From Candidatus Thorarchaeota archaeon (GTDB taxonomy: Archaea; Asgardarchaeota; Thorarchaeia; Thorarchaeales; Thorarchaeaceae), in NCBI GenBank assembly GCA_008080745.1, contig SHMX01000005.1, forward strand, positions 1 to 32,000: 32,000 nt of DNA, given 5' to 3'. Below the pieces are notes generated by a model. The model did not search any database and had not been told where the DNA came from. It worked only from the letters and a program-made list of their open reading frames with translations. Shown piece by piece: positions 8,836 to 17,226 of the stretch (position 1 is its first letter; each line of letters starts with the position of its first letter). The translations under genes were made by a program, and so were the position numbers.

Positions 8836-9462
8836 ATGTTCGAGATGTGGATAGTAGGTCCAGTAATTTCCATTCTTGCAACTGTGAATGTGCTGATTCA
8901 TCTGTATGAAGACTGGAAAATACTCCAAGAGAACGATTCGCGTTCATTTGCAGAGCCTTCTACAACCATCGATCCTTTGCCTATGGCTGTAACTGTACTA
9001 TCTACCCTCTTGTCCTTTGGAATTGTTTTAGTCATTATTGTGGAATATCTATTTGGTTTCAACGGCCAATTTTTTGGTCTAATGATTCCTTTGTTGGATC
9101 CACCATTTTTGGTCTGGTTTATAGGCTTCCTGCTAGTTTCTGTTGGTATTGTTCTTCATGCTTGGTCTCGTTATGTTCGCCAAGACATGGCTACATCTTG
9201 GGCATTGACCCATACACATGTTTTAATCACAAAAGGACCTTATTCGAAAATCAGACATCCATCATATTCTGCTTATTTTCTTTGTTTCATTGGTCTTTTT
9301 CTTCTTATTCCATCTGTCATGACTCTAATGCTACTTGTTGGATTTTATGGATATCATGAGATAGCTATTACCGAGGAGAAGTTGCTTCTAGATCATTTTG
9401 GTGATGAATATAGAGATTATATGTATCGGACTGGTCGGTTTCTTCCCTTCTCATCTGGATAA
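8836..9462 (+). CDS. Isoprenylcysteine carboxyl methyltransferase / PEMT-family membrane methyltransferase
   Basis: Multiple TM segments plus LITKGPYSKIRHPSY and EEKLL...FGDEYRDY..RTGRFLP. Confidence 0.85.
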   Translation: MFEMWIVGPVISILATVNVLIHLYEDWKILQENDSRSFAEPSTTIDPLPMAVTVLSTLLSFGIVLVIIVEYLFGFNGQFFGLMIPLLDPPFLVWFIGFLLVSVGIVLHAWSRYVRQDMATSWALTHTHVLITKGPYSKIRHPSYSAYFLCFIGLFLLIPSVMTLMLLVGFYGYHEIAITEEKLLLDHFGDEYRDYMYRTGRFLPFSSG

Positions 9463-9546
9463 CTTTAGAATAATCCCCACAATAGTAACACCAAAACCAT
9501 AAAAAGCAGGCTAGGATTTTCGACCATTACTCTTGGAGGCTCATAT

Positions 9547-10320
9547 ATGCCCGGAAAGGTTTGGACCTATATTGAAGAGAAACTTGAGAAAGAAGGTGCG
9601 CTGCACTTTTCACTTTTAGACCCGGACCCCCTCAAGATTACCAAAGATGATATTGTGGAATTGGCTGAACTAGCCGAGTCTGCAGGTACAGACGCCATCA
9701 TGATTGGCGGAAGTACTGTTCTGGGGTATATCGACGAGTATGTGGAGTCAATATCGGATGCTGTGGATATTCCTACGATACTCTTTCCGGGAAATGTGAG
9801 TGGTGTATCAGAATATGCCGATGCAATGTTTTTCATGAGTCTCTTGAATAGCACAAATCCCTACTGGATTATTGGTGCTCAGGCCCTTGGTGCTCCGAAA
9901 GTTAAATTGACAGGTATTGAGACCATTCCAATGGCATATCTCCTTGTAGAACCCGGTAAGACTGCAGCCTGGGTTGGAGATGCAAAAGTATTTCCACGAG
10001 ATAAACCAAAGATTCCTGTCATGTATGCTCTTGCTGCAGAGTTTCTGGGTTTCAGACTGGTCTATCTTGAGGCTGGCAGTGGTGCAGAGGGTGGTGGTGT
10101 CCCCTCTGAGATGATATCGATTGTATCTCAATTCTGTGATATACCCCTCATAACTGGCGGTGGTTTCAACACTGCTGAGGATGTTGTTCGTGGAGTTGAA
10201 GCAGGAGCTTCTATAGTTGTACAGGGTACCTATATTGAGAAGCACGTTCAAGCAGATAAAGGTGCAGAATTGAAGAAGATTGTTGCCGCTCTGAAAGAAG
10301 CAGGCGCCAAGAGAGTTTAA
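9547..10320 (+). CDS. Geranylgeranylglyceryl phosphate synthase (group II)
   Basis: LLDPD, IMIGGST, LFPGN, FMSLLNS, YLEAGSG and TGGG motifs. Confidence 0.95.
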   Translation: MPGKVWTYIEEKLEKEGALHFSLLDPDPLKITKDDIVELAELAESAGTDAIMIGGSTVLGYIDEYVESISDAVDIPTILFPGNVSGVSEYADAMFFMSLLNSTNPYWIIGAQALGAPKVKLTGIETIPMAYLLVEPGKTAAWVGDAKVFPRDKPKIPVMYALAAEFLGFRLVYLEAGSGAEGGGVPSEMISIVSQFCDIPLITGGGFNTAEDVVRGVEAGASIVVQGTYIEKHVQADKGAELKKIVAALKEAGAKRV

Positions 10321-10369
10321 ATAGATGGATGAGTCTTTCACCAGATGAAATAAGGGAGGAAAAGATGTT

Positions 10370-10759
10370 TTGTCAAGTAAGACCGAAATGCTGAACGAGC
10401 TCCTTGAGGACCTTAGCAAAGCCTCCCAAGGGAATGTACAAGCTAGCCTGATTATATCAAGGTCTCAGGGACTTACGATTTGTGCGCACTTTCCAGCTGA
10501 TGTTGAAGGTGAACTACCTGGTGAGGATGTGATTGCAGGTAGGTCTACCCAGATTCATATGGCTACCAATAAAGTGTTCAACCAACTGAAACGGGGTAAT
10601 CTCTTCCGGATACTGGTAGAGGGTGACTCTGGCTATGTCATCATCTGTGATGCTGGGAAGGAAGCATTGCTTGCTGTGCTTACCAATAAACGGGTAAACC
10701 TCGGCTATCTATTCTTCATGATGACACGAGTATCTCGTAGAATCGAGAATATTGTCTAA
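10370..10759 (+). CDS. Roadblock/LC7 domain protein
   Basis: IISRSQGL...RGNLFRILVEGDSGYVII..AGKEALLAVLT...NLG pattern; GGAGG RBS before TTG. Confidence 0.85.
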   Translation: MSSKTEMLNELLEDLSKASQGNVQASLIISRSQGLTICAHFPADVEGELPGEDVIAGRSTQIHMATNKVFNQLKRGNLFRILVEGDSGYVIICDAGKEALLAVLTNKRVNLGYLFFMMTRVSRRIENIV

Positions 10760-10827
10760 TAAGCCACTCCGTCAGTCTTTTATTCGAACATACTAGTTCG
10801 TTTACTGTTAGTATCAGGTGAATATTG

Positions 10828-11775
10828 ATGTCAGATGAGAAACCATCAGAAAAGGTAGAGTCTGAAGATGCTGAGGAAGCTGAAGAAGAGGATATTTGGG
10901 ATAAATGGCGTCGAGCGGGCGTAGTAGCTCGTGAAGCTCTAAAGATTGCCAGACCCATGGTAAAACCCGGTACTAAAGTACTTGATATTGTTGAAGCCGT
11001 TGAAGGCTATATCATAGAAAATTCGTCCGGATGCTCATTTCCCTGTAATGTGGCATTGAATCATGTCGCTGCTCATTACACATCTCCTCTCAACGATGAA
11101 ACTGTTATTACTGAAGGCGATCTAGTCACCATTGACTGTGGCGCTCATATAGATGGTTGTATTTCTGATAGCGCTATTACAGTGGCTCTGGATTCTGATC
11201 ATGAAGCATTAGTGAAGGCGTCAATAGATGCCACTAATGTTGCAATTCGAATGTTACGCCCTGGTGCCAAACTAAATACCATCGGAGCTTTGATTGAAGA
11301 CACAATTCAAAGTGCAGGTTTCAAACCTATCAAGCAACTCACTGGTCATCAACTTCGAGAGTACGAACTTCATAGTGACAAGCAGATTCCTTGTGTTTCA
11401 GGAAAGTCCGAAGTTCTTGTTGAAGAAGGAGAGGTCTATGCTGTAGAGACCTTTGCAAGTACTGGTTCGGGTAATGTCACCGATCTTCCCAATCCTGTAA
11501 TTTATCAACTGCTTCCAATTAGGGTGCCTGTCCGTTTCAGAGGAAGCCGTGAATTCCTCTCAATAGCCAGAAAGAACTATGGTGAGTTTCCCTTTGCTGA
11601 ACGATGGATAGCACAAGAGATGAAACACGCTACACTCAAGATGGCTGAACGTGAACTAAAGAAGAATGGGGCACTTATTGCACATAATATTCTAGCTGAA
11701 GAAAAAGGTGAATTTGTTTCACAGAGTGAACACACCGTCATAATCACTGAAGACGGACACGAAAAGACCACTTGA
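10828..11775 (+). CDS. map: Type II methionine aminopeptidase
   Basis: FPCN, AAHYT, DCGAHIDGCISDSA, TGH, AVETF and QSEHT metal-ligand motifs; AGGTGA RBS. Confidence 0.96.
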   Translation: MSDEKPSEKVESEDAEEAEEEDIWDKWRRAGVVAREALKIARPMVKPGTKVLDIVEAVEGYIIENSSGCSFPCNVALNHVAAHYTSPLNDETVITEGDLVTIDCGAHIDGCISDSAITVALDSDHEALVKASIDATNVAIRMLRPGAKLNTIGALIEDTIQSAGFKPIKQLTGHQLREYELHSDKQIPCVSGKSEVLVEEGEVYAVETFASTGSGNVTDLPNPVIYQLLPIRVPVRFRGSREFLSIARKNYGEFPFAERWIAQEMKHATLKMAERELKKNGALIAHNILAEEKGEFVSQSEHTVIITEDGHEKTT

Positions 11776-11784
11776 GGAGAAAAT

Positions 11785-11802
11785 AGCCCTCTTTTGAGGG
11801 CT
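11785..11802 (+). terminator. Hairpin downstream of map (candidate terminator)
   Basis: AGCCCTC-TTTT-GAGGGCT followed by TTCTATT. Confidence 0.5.
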
Positions 11803-11845
11803 TTCTATTAAGATGCGCCCTTGTGTCATTAACAATAACAAATCC

Positions 11846-11859
11846 CAGAAACTTAAATG
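11846..11859 (+). promoter_or_regulatory. Candidate BRE/TATA promoter of tfb paralog 1
   Basis: CAGAAA immediately followed by CTTAAATG in the intergenic region. Confidence 0.45.
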
Positions 11860-11968
11860 CGTTTTTTCCAAATATTAATGCGTGGTTCCGGAGATAACCT
11901 CTAAAACTGATTATCTACCATAATCGTTGACTGCATTGTACACCGGTGCTACTTGTGGAGGAGAGAAG

Positions 11969-12946
11969 TTGGACCAGATTAAAGGTGTAGTTTCGGATAA
12001 GGGCGTACCCGAGGGTGAGGAACCTGAAACCGTTGTATGCCCTGAGTGTGGCTCCACATCTGTTGTGGAGGATAACACACGTGGTGAACGTGCGTGTGCT
12101 GAATGTGGGCTTGTTCTATCAGATCACAGAATCGACACAGGCGCTGAATGGCGGGCTTTTAGTGCTGAAGAATCAGATTCACGTAGTCGAGTAGGAGCAC
12201 CTATGCGATATACGGTACATGACAAAGGACTTTCTACAGTGATAGACTGGCGTGATAGAGATACATCAGGAAAGAAGCTAAGCCCAAATCGTCGGTCACA
12301 AATATACCGTCTTAGAAAATGGCAAATCCGATCTCGCGTTCATAGTTCGGTTGATAGAAATCTAGCCCAGGCTATGTCTGAACTTGAACGATTAGCCTCT
12401 CAACTTGGGATAACCAAACCTATTCGCGAACAGGCCGCATTACTCTATCGGAAGGCCATTCAGAAGAAGCTTGTTCGTGGTCGATCTATCGAGGCTATGG
12501 TAGCTGCTACCTTGTATGCGGCGTGTCGAATACGTCAGAAACCGCGCCCTCTTGATGAGGTTGCTGATGCTTCACGTATTGACAGAAAGAAGCTTGGTCA
12601 ATGCTATAGACTTCTGTTGCGTAGTTTGAAAGTTAGGATTCCCCTCTCCAATCCAGTGGATTATATCTCCCGCTTTACATCTCAACTTGAACTTTCAAGT
12701 TCTGTTCAATTGAGAACAATCGAGATTCTTCACAGAAGTCGCGATATCGGTCTCACCATTGGTCGTGATCCTCTTGGCCTGGCTGCTGCGGCAATCTATG
12801 TTGCTTCTATTATGTTAGATGAACGCCGAACCCAACGAGAGATTGCAGAGGTAGCTAGAGTGACCGAGGTAACCGTTCGAAACAGATACAAGGAGATAGT
12901 TAAACGGTTAAAAATAGATAGTATGGGACTTCCTAGTTCACACTAA
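11969..12946 (+). CDS. tfb: Transcription initiation factor B (paralog 1)
   Basis: CPEC...CAEC zinc ribbon, GAEWRAF B-reader, two cyclin repeats, TQREIA..VTEVTVRNRY. GGAGG RBS favours TTG 11969 over 11927. Confidence 0.96.
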   Translation: MDQIKGVVSDKGVPEGEEPETVVCPECGSTSVVEDNTRGERACAECGLVLSDHRIDTGAEWRAFSAEESDSRSRVGAPMRYTVHDKGLSTVIDWRDRDTSGKKLSPNRRSQIYRLRKWQIRSRVHSSVDRNLAQAMSELERLASQLGITKPIREQAALLYRKAIQKKLVRGRSIEAMVAATLYAACRIRQKPRPLDEVADASRIDRKKLGQCYRLLLRSLKVRIPLSNPVDYISRFTSQLELSSSVQLRTIEILHRSRDIGLTIGRDPLGLAAAAIYVASIMLDERRTQREIAEVARVTEVTVRNRYKEIVKRLKIDSMGLPSSH

Positions 12947-13007
12947 CCGTATACCATACTTGGTAAGATGCACCTACATGAGAATGCGTTTGAATCTCTA
13001 CTTTAGG

Positions 13008-13346
13008 TCATCTTCTGCCGCCCTGGAATCCCCAATCAATCGCTATTTGCTCTTCTGGGAATCCGAGTTTGCCAAGAACTTTACCAATTGTTCCCCTATG
13101 GTCTCCCTGGAGTTCAATATGGCCATGTTTGGCTGCTCCGCCACATGCAAGTTTGGATTTGAGCTTAGAAGCGAGTTCGCCAAGGTCAATGTTCTTATCA
13201 AAGCCTTCGACGACTGTATACATTCTGCCCCATTTTCGGCGTTCGACAGTTACCGTAATTCGGGCTTCTTCCTGTGCAATTGTTTCGCAGACACAGAGGT
13301 CTACTGGCAATCCACAATTTGGACATATTCCGCCTTCGTCTGACAG
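13008..13346 (-). CDS. sui1: Translation initiation factor aIF1 (SUI1), apparent CTG start
   Basis: ICPNCGLPVDLCVC N-terminus, LKSKLACGG and IELQGDHR motifs. The only plausible start upstream of the first Cys pair is CTG at 13344-13346, which follows an in-frame TGA. Confidence 0.92.
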   Translation of the reverse strand: MSDEGGICPNCGLPVDLCVCETIAQEEARITVTVERRKWGRMYTVVEGFDKNIDLGELASKLKSKLACGGAAKHGHIELQGDHRGTIGKVLGKLGFPEEQIAIDWGFQGGRR

Positions 13347-13482
13347 ATTTCACTTACTCCTGATTTTTTCTATTAGCTAAAGCTGTTAGCTGTATTGCAA
13401 TTATACCATTAATAAGTTCTGTCTTGGTATCTAAAAACACATTTGAAAAGAATAAAGTATACATTTTTGCGAAGAGGATTCT

Positions 13483-15066
13483 ATGACTGACACAGTTCTG
13501 ATTGTAGATGCACTAAGTGCTGGCTCAGGACAACGTACCAGCTCTCGGGATTCTATAGGATGCGGACCTCGAACTATTGCTGGTGTCTTTGAACTATGTG
13601 ATATACCCTGTGGAATTCGTCGGGTAGAAGATGTCTTATATAAAAAAGGTACAACTCGGGGTTTTACTCACTTAGCAATCAGTGCTATGTCTATGGATTT
13701 TCCTGTAGTTGAACAAGTAATCAAGATGTGGAATCGCACACGGCCCCAGGGGCGTATTCTTCTAGGAGGCCCCATCTCCGGTGAACCTCAGAGAATGGTT
13801 TCACTTCTTCGACCCGATGTTCTCATAATTGGTGAAGGTGAGGCCACATTGGAGGATTTGATTAGTTCAGATTATTTGGATTCCTCTATCGACCTCTCTA
13901 TGATACAGGGTATTGCATTCAAAAAGAGGAAAGATGTCGTTGTGACATCGCGCCGTCCTGCAATATCAGAAGAGAAGCTATCAGACTACTACAAACCCTC
14001 CACTTTTCGTGTAATGGACTATTCAGGTTACCAAGCAAGTCGTGTCTATGTTGAGGTGGTCAGAGGGTGTTCGAACTTTCAGAGAACGAAGATCCGACTA
14101 CCTGATGGACGAGAGTGTTATGATTGTGGGTCGTGTGATTCCGTAGATCCAACCATGCGGTTAGATTGTCCCGAAGATATACCTCCTGGCTGTGGATTTT
14201 GTAGTGTTCCTGCAACATGGGGGTCTCCTCGAAGCAGAAGTGAAGATGCAATTGTGAGTGAAATTGAAACTCTACTTGATCTTGATGTTCATCGGATTGT
14301 CTTAGAGGCACCAGGCTTTCTAGACTATAAGCGCGGTTCTTATCCATTGACAACTCCCTGTTCGCCGCCTGCGAATATAGACGCTATATCCAATCTCTTA
14401 TCCAGAATAAACTCTATTCCTCAGATGAAAGATGGAATTGCTCATCTCTCTGTTGAGAATATCAAAGCATGTCTATTCTCTGAGCCTGTGGCAAAGATGT
14501 TCTCAGATATGTTACCCAGTATATCCCCCAATATAGGGATGGAAACTGGCTCAGAACATCATGCTCGCACAATTGGAAAATGCAGTACTCCCCAAGAGGT
14601 CTTACAAGCAGTGAGTCTTGCTAAGAAATTTGGATTGAATCCATTCGTCTATTTGATCTATGGTCTTCCTGGCGAGAACATTCTCACAGTAAAAGAAAGT
14701 GTAGATATGGTAAAGAAATTGGCCGATTTGAGTGTAGAGAGAATCATTCTCTATGGATTCAGACCTCTGCCAGGTTCAGCATTCGCCGATTTCGACCCTC
14801 CTACTCATGACGATCCAATAAGCCAAGAACTTAAACAAGCAGTAAGTCGAGTAAATCGAGAAAGAAAATATGCATATCTTGGTCGCAAAGTAAAAGCCAT
14901 TGCTGCAGAAGCCTCTTTGACTCATCAGGGATATACGATGTTTTATCCTCTGAAGGAAGGACCTCTTATCACAGCTTTAGGAGGTTATTCTCCTGGTACT
15001 TTGGTCGATATTGAAATCGAAGAGGTACTTAGCGACGGGCTTGTACGTGGTACCGTTATAAAATAA
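13483..15066 (+). CDS. B12-binding-like/radical SAM protein with possible C-terminal TRAM domain
   Basis: GGP...IIGEGE N-domain, EVVRGC...GCGFC, GMETGS and YLIYGLPGE motifs, beta-rich C-terminus. Confidence 0.85.
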   Translation: MTDTVLIVDALSAGSGQRTSSRDSIGCGPRTIAGVFELCDIPCGIRRVEDVLYKKGTTRGFTHLAISAMSMDFPVVEQVIKMWNRTRPQGRILLGGPISGEPQRMVSLLRPDVLIIGEGEATLEDLISSDYLDSSIDLSMIQGIAFKKRKDVVVTSRRPAISEEKLSDYYKPSTFRVMDYSGYQASRVYVEVVRGCSNFQRTKIRLPDGRECYDCGSCDSVDPTMRLDCPEDIPPGCGFCSVPATWGSPRSRSEDAIVSEIETLLDLDVHRIVLEAPGFLDYKRGSYPLTTPCSPPANIDAISNLLSRINSIPQMKDGIAHLSVENIKACLFSEPVAKMFSDMLPSISPNIGMETGSEHHARTIGKCSTPQEVLQAVSLAKKFGLNPFVYLIYGLPGENILTVKESVDMVKKLADLSVERIILYGFRPLPGSAFADFDPPTHDDPISQELKQAVSRVNRERKYAYLGRKVKAIAAEASLTHQGYTMFYPLKEGPLITALGGYSPGTLVDIEIEEVLSDGLVRGTVIK

Positions 15067-15128
15067 GTATACGTACTGAAGAAAAGCTTCATATGCTCTC
15101 CCTGTAGCTCTCCTATTGGTGCTTAAAA

Positions 15129-15272
15129 ATGGTCTATGTATGTCACACTTGTCGGAAAGAGGTGACACCGGAGGGACTAAAAACACTACCCGGTGTAAAA
15201 TGCCCCTATTGCGGTGGTAGAATACTATACAAAATACGCCCTCCCGTTGTTAAGCGAGTCAAGGGAGTATAA
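15129..15272 (+). CDS. rpoP: RNA polymerase subunit Rpo12 (RpoP); absent from the ORF track
   Basis: Hand translation gives MVYVCHTCRKEVTPEGLKTLPGVKCPYCGGRILYKIRPPVVKRVKGV*, with the Y-CxxC...CPYCG-RIL-K-RP signature. Confidence 0.93.
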   Translation: MVYVCHTCRKEVTPEGLKTLPGVKCPYCGGRILYKIRPPVVKRVKGV

Positions 15273-15283
15273 AATACCTGTTT

Positions 15284-15311
15284 TTTTCAAGCCCCTTTTA
15301 GGGCTTGAAAA
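15284..15311. terminator. Hairpin between convergent rpoP and get3/arsA (candidate bidirectional terminator)
   Basis: Perfect 11-bp stem TTTTCAAGCCC / GGGCTTGAAAA with a 6-nt loop. Confidence 0.6.
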
Positions 15312-15398
15312 CCAGATATGCCGCAGCTAACATAGAGAGCAGAAATAATAGCATAAAACAAGCTCCCATTAGTTTCTTCTTCATTGCATATCTCATTC

Positions 15399-16358
15399 TT
15401 ATTTATCCTCTCCGATCAGAATTTTTCCAAGTCTTGTAAGACCTTCAATTCCTCTTATTTCTTGGTTGAATAAAGGCACCTCTGTTAGGTCCATATCCTG
15501 ATATAGTTCTCTGATGTCCTCCATATTTGATTGTTGCATCTGTCGTCTCTTATGACAGAACTGACAATCTGGGTTTTCAGGAACAAGCTGGTTGATAATG
15601 ATGTTATTAGCGGGTATATTCCATGCATGAAGACTAGCTAACAGTCTTTGGGTTTCAAAGACCGCCATTGCCTCTGGGATCATTACCACTACAAATTGAG
15701 TTACCTCTTCATCCGCAAGTTCGATTCTTGCAGCCTTGATTTTTTCCTTTGTCTGTTGAAGCATCTCCCATGATTGGTCCTCTTCTCCGCCTCCTCCAAA
15801 CATCGATTTAAGTCCAGACATCATCGAACTCAGTCGCTGTCTGAGGGTGAGTATCTTCCCAAGCCAACTATCTAGAAGCTCAGGCAATTCTAATAGCTTG
15901 AGAGTATGTCCTGTAGGGGCCGTATCGAAAATCACTCTATCATATGATGAGTCCTCAATGAATTCGAGAATCTTTCCAAAGGCCATTGCCTCATCAGATC
16001 CGGGTGGTGCCATTCCCCCAACATCACCCATAAACTGAGATGCCATCTGCATCTCGGGGCCTCCAGCACCGCCGCCCATTGCAGATTGGAACTCAGCCAT
16101 TCCTTTCTCTGTGCTTATTTCCATGCCCCACAGATTGTCTACTCCCTGAATTGGAATGACTTCTCCTCCAGCCAGATTCTGATCAAAACTATCTGACAAG
16201 CTGTGGGCTGGATCTGTTGAGAGCACAAGGGTTCGATATCCTTGTTGAGCTGAGAGTACTGCCATAGCTCCAGCACAACTAGTCTTTCCAACACCGCCCT
16301 TTCCTCCAGAGAGGATGAATTTGATGCTATCCTTGTATATTACATCCTTGAGAGTCAT
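15399..16358 (-). CDS. ArsA/Get3(TRC40)-family ATPase, single domain
   Basis: GGKGGVGKT, STDPAHSLSD, PGSDE, DTAPTGHT, C-terminal CQFC, Met-rich insert. Confidence 0.92.
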   Translation of the reverse strand: MTLKDVIYKDSIKFILSGGKGGVGKTSCAGAMAVLSAQQGYRTLVLSTDPAHSLSDSFDQNLAGGEVIPIQGVDNLWGMEISTEKGMAEFQSAMGGGAGGPEMQMASQFMGDVGGMAPPGSDEAMAFGKILEFIEDSSYDRVIFDTAPTGHTLKLLELPELLDSWLGKILTLRQRLSSMMSGLKSMFGGGGEEDQSWEMLQQTKEKIKAARIELADEEVTQFVVVMIPEAMAVFETQRLLASLHAWNIPANNIIINQLVPENPDCQFCHKRRQMQQSNMEDIRELYQDMDLTEVPLFNQEIRGIEGLTRLGKILIGEDK

Positions 16359-16505
16359 TATTGTCCACTAGAGCTCCTCAACACCTGTGGGACTATTAAT
16401 GCTTCCATTTGTTGTAATCTATACATATCACGAATAGACTTATGGCATCTCAAACAAAAAACTAACTTGGTTGAGTTGTCTGCTGCAATCTAGGAGGTTG
16501 CTCTA

Positions 16506-17222
16506 ATGTCCTTTCCACAAGTGCGTACATCTGTTGATGAATTTCCATCCACCATTCTGAAATTGCTGGGAATCTCTGTACCCGATGATTTTCCTCCTCC
16601 AAATATGGAGATTGTTTCCAAATTCGACCCCAAAGCAATTGTTATGATTATGATTGATAATTTTGGCTTGTTTGAGGCAGTAGTATACAAACCCGAGGCG
16701 CTGATACGCAATATGGAGGTATTAGCACTCTTAGAGACTGACGACCCCTATGCGGAACCCCTAATAAAACGAATCTTGCAAGGCACTGGTGAAAACTTTC
16801 ATCTAGTTCGTCATATTCGCCAGTTTGGGAAATTTGTGAGAGTTATCTGTCGTGACGATGAATCTGACCTCTTTGGGTTCGACGCAGGGTGTACTGTTGG
16901 TGTTCGAGATGATATGTCTACTTATGTAGAATCAACAAAACATGTCTTTCGTAGTGAGCTTCTCTATCTCCATTTCCTTGATTTCGAGTCACTATATGCT
17001 CAGTATGGTCATCGGACACCCCCAACCAAACTCTTAGAGAAGATTGTGAAACGTACTGATAATTGGGTAAAAGTCCTCTTACGTCAAGCGCGAGTAGGCA
17101 CACTCTTCGTAATAGTGGGGAACCATGGACGGCATACAATTCCTCTAGACTACGAGGGGAAATTGGCAGAATGGAGAAAAGCCAACGCACCTGTTGCTAT
17201 AATGTTTCAGAAACGCGCCTGA
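16506..17222 (+). CDS. Degenerate alkaline-phosphatase-superfamily-like protein
   Basis: IMIDNFG, LHFLDFESL and IVGNHG correspond to the DGLG, D..H and ADHG motifs with substitutions. Confidence 0.6.
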   Translation: MSFPQVRTSVDEFPSTILKLLGISVPDDFPPPNMEIVSKFDPKAIVMIMIDNFGLFEAVVYKPEALIRNMEVLALLETDDPYAEPLIKRILQGTGENFHLVRHIRQFGKFVRVICRDDESDLFGFDAGCTVGVRDDMSTYVESTKHVFRSELLYLHFLDFESLYAQYGHRTPPTKLLEKIVKRTDNWVKVLLRQARVGTLFVIVGNHGRHTIPLDYEGKLAEWRKANAPVAIMFQKRA

Positions 17223-17226
17223 CAAA

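Noticed and set aside
15399-16358. Arsenic resistance operon
   Set aside because: Single-domain ATPase with no arsB/acr3/arsC/arsD/arsR neighbours.
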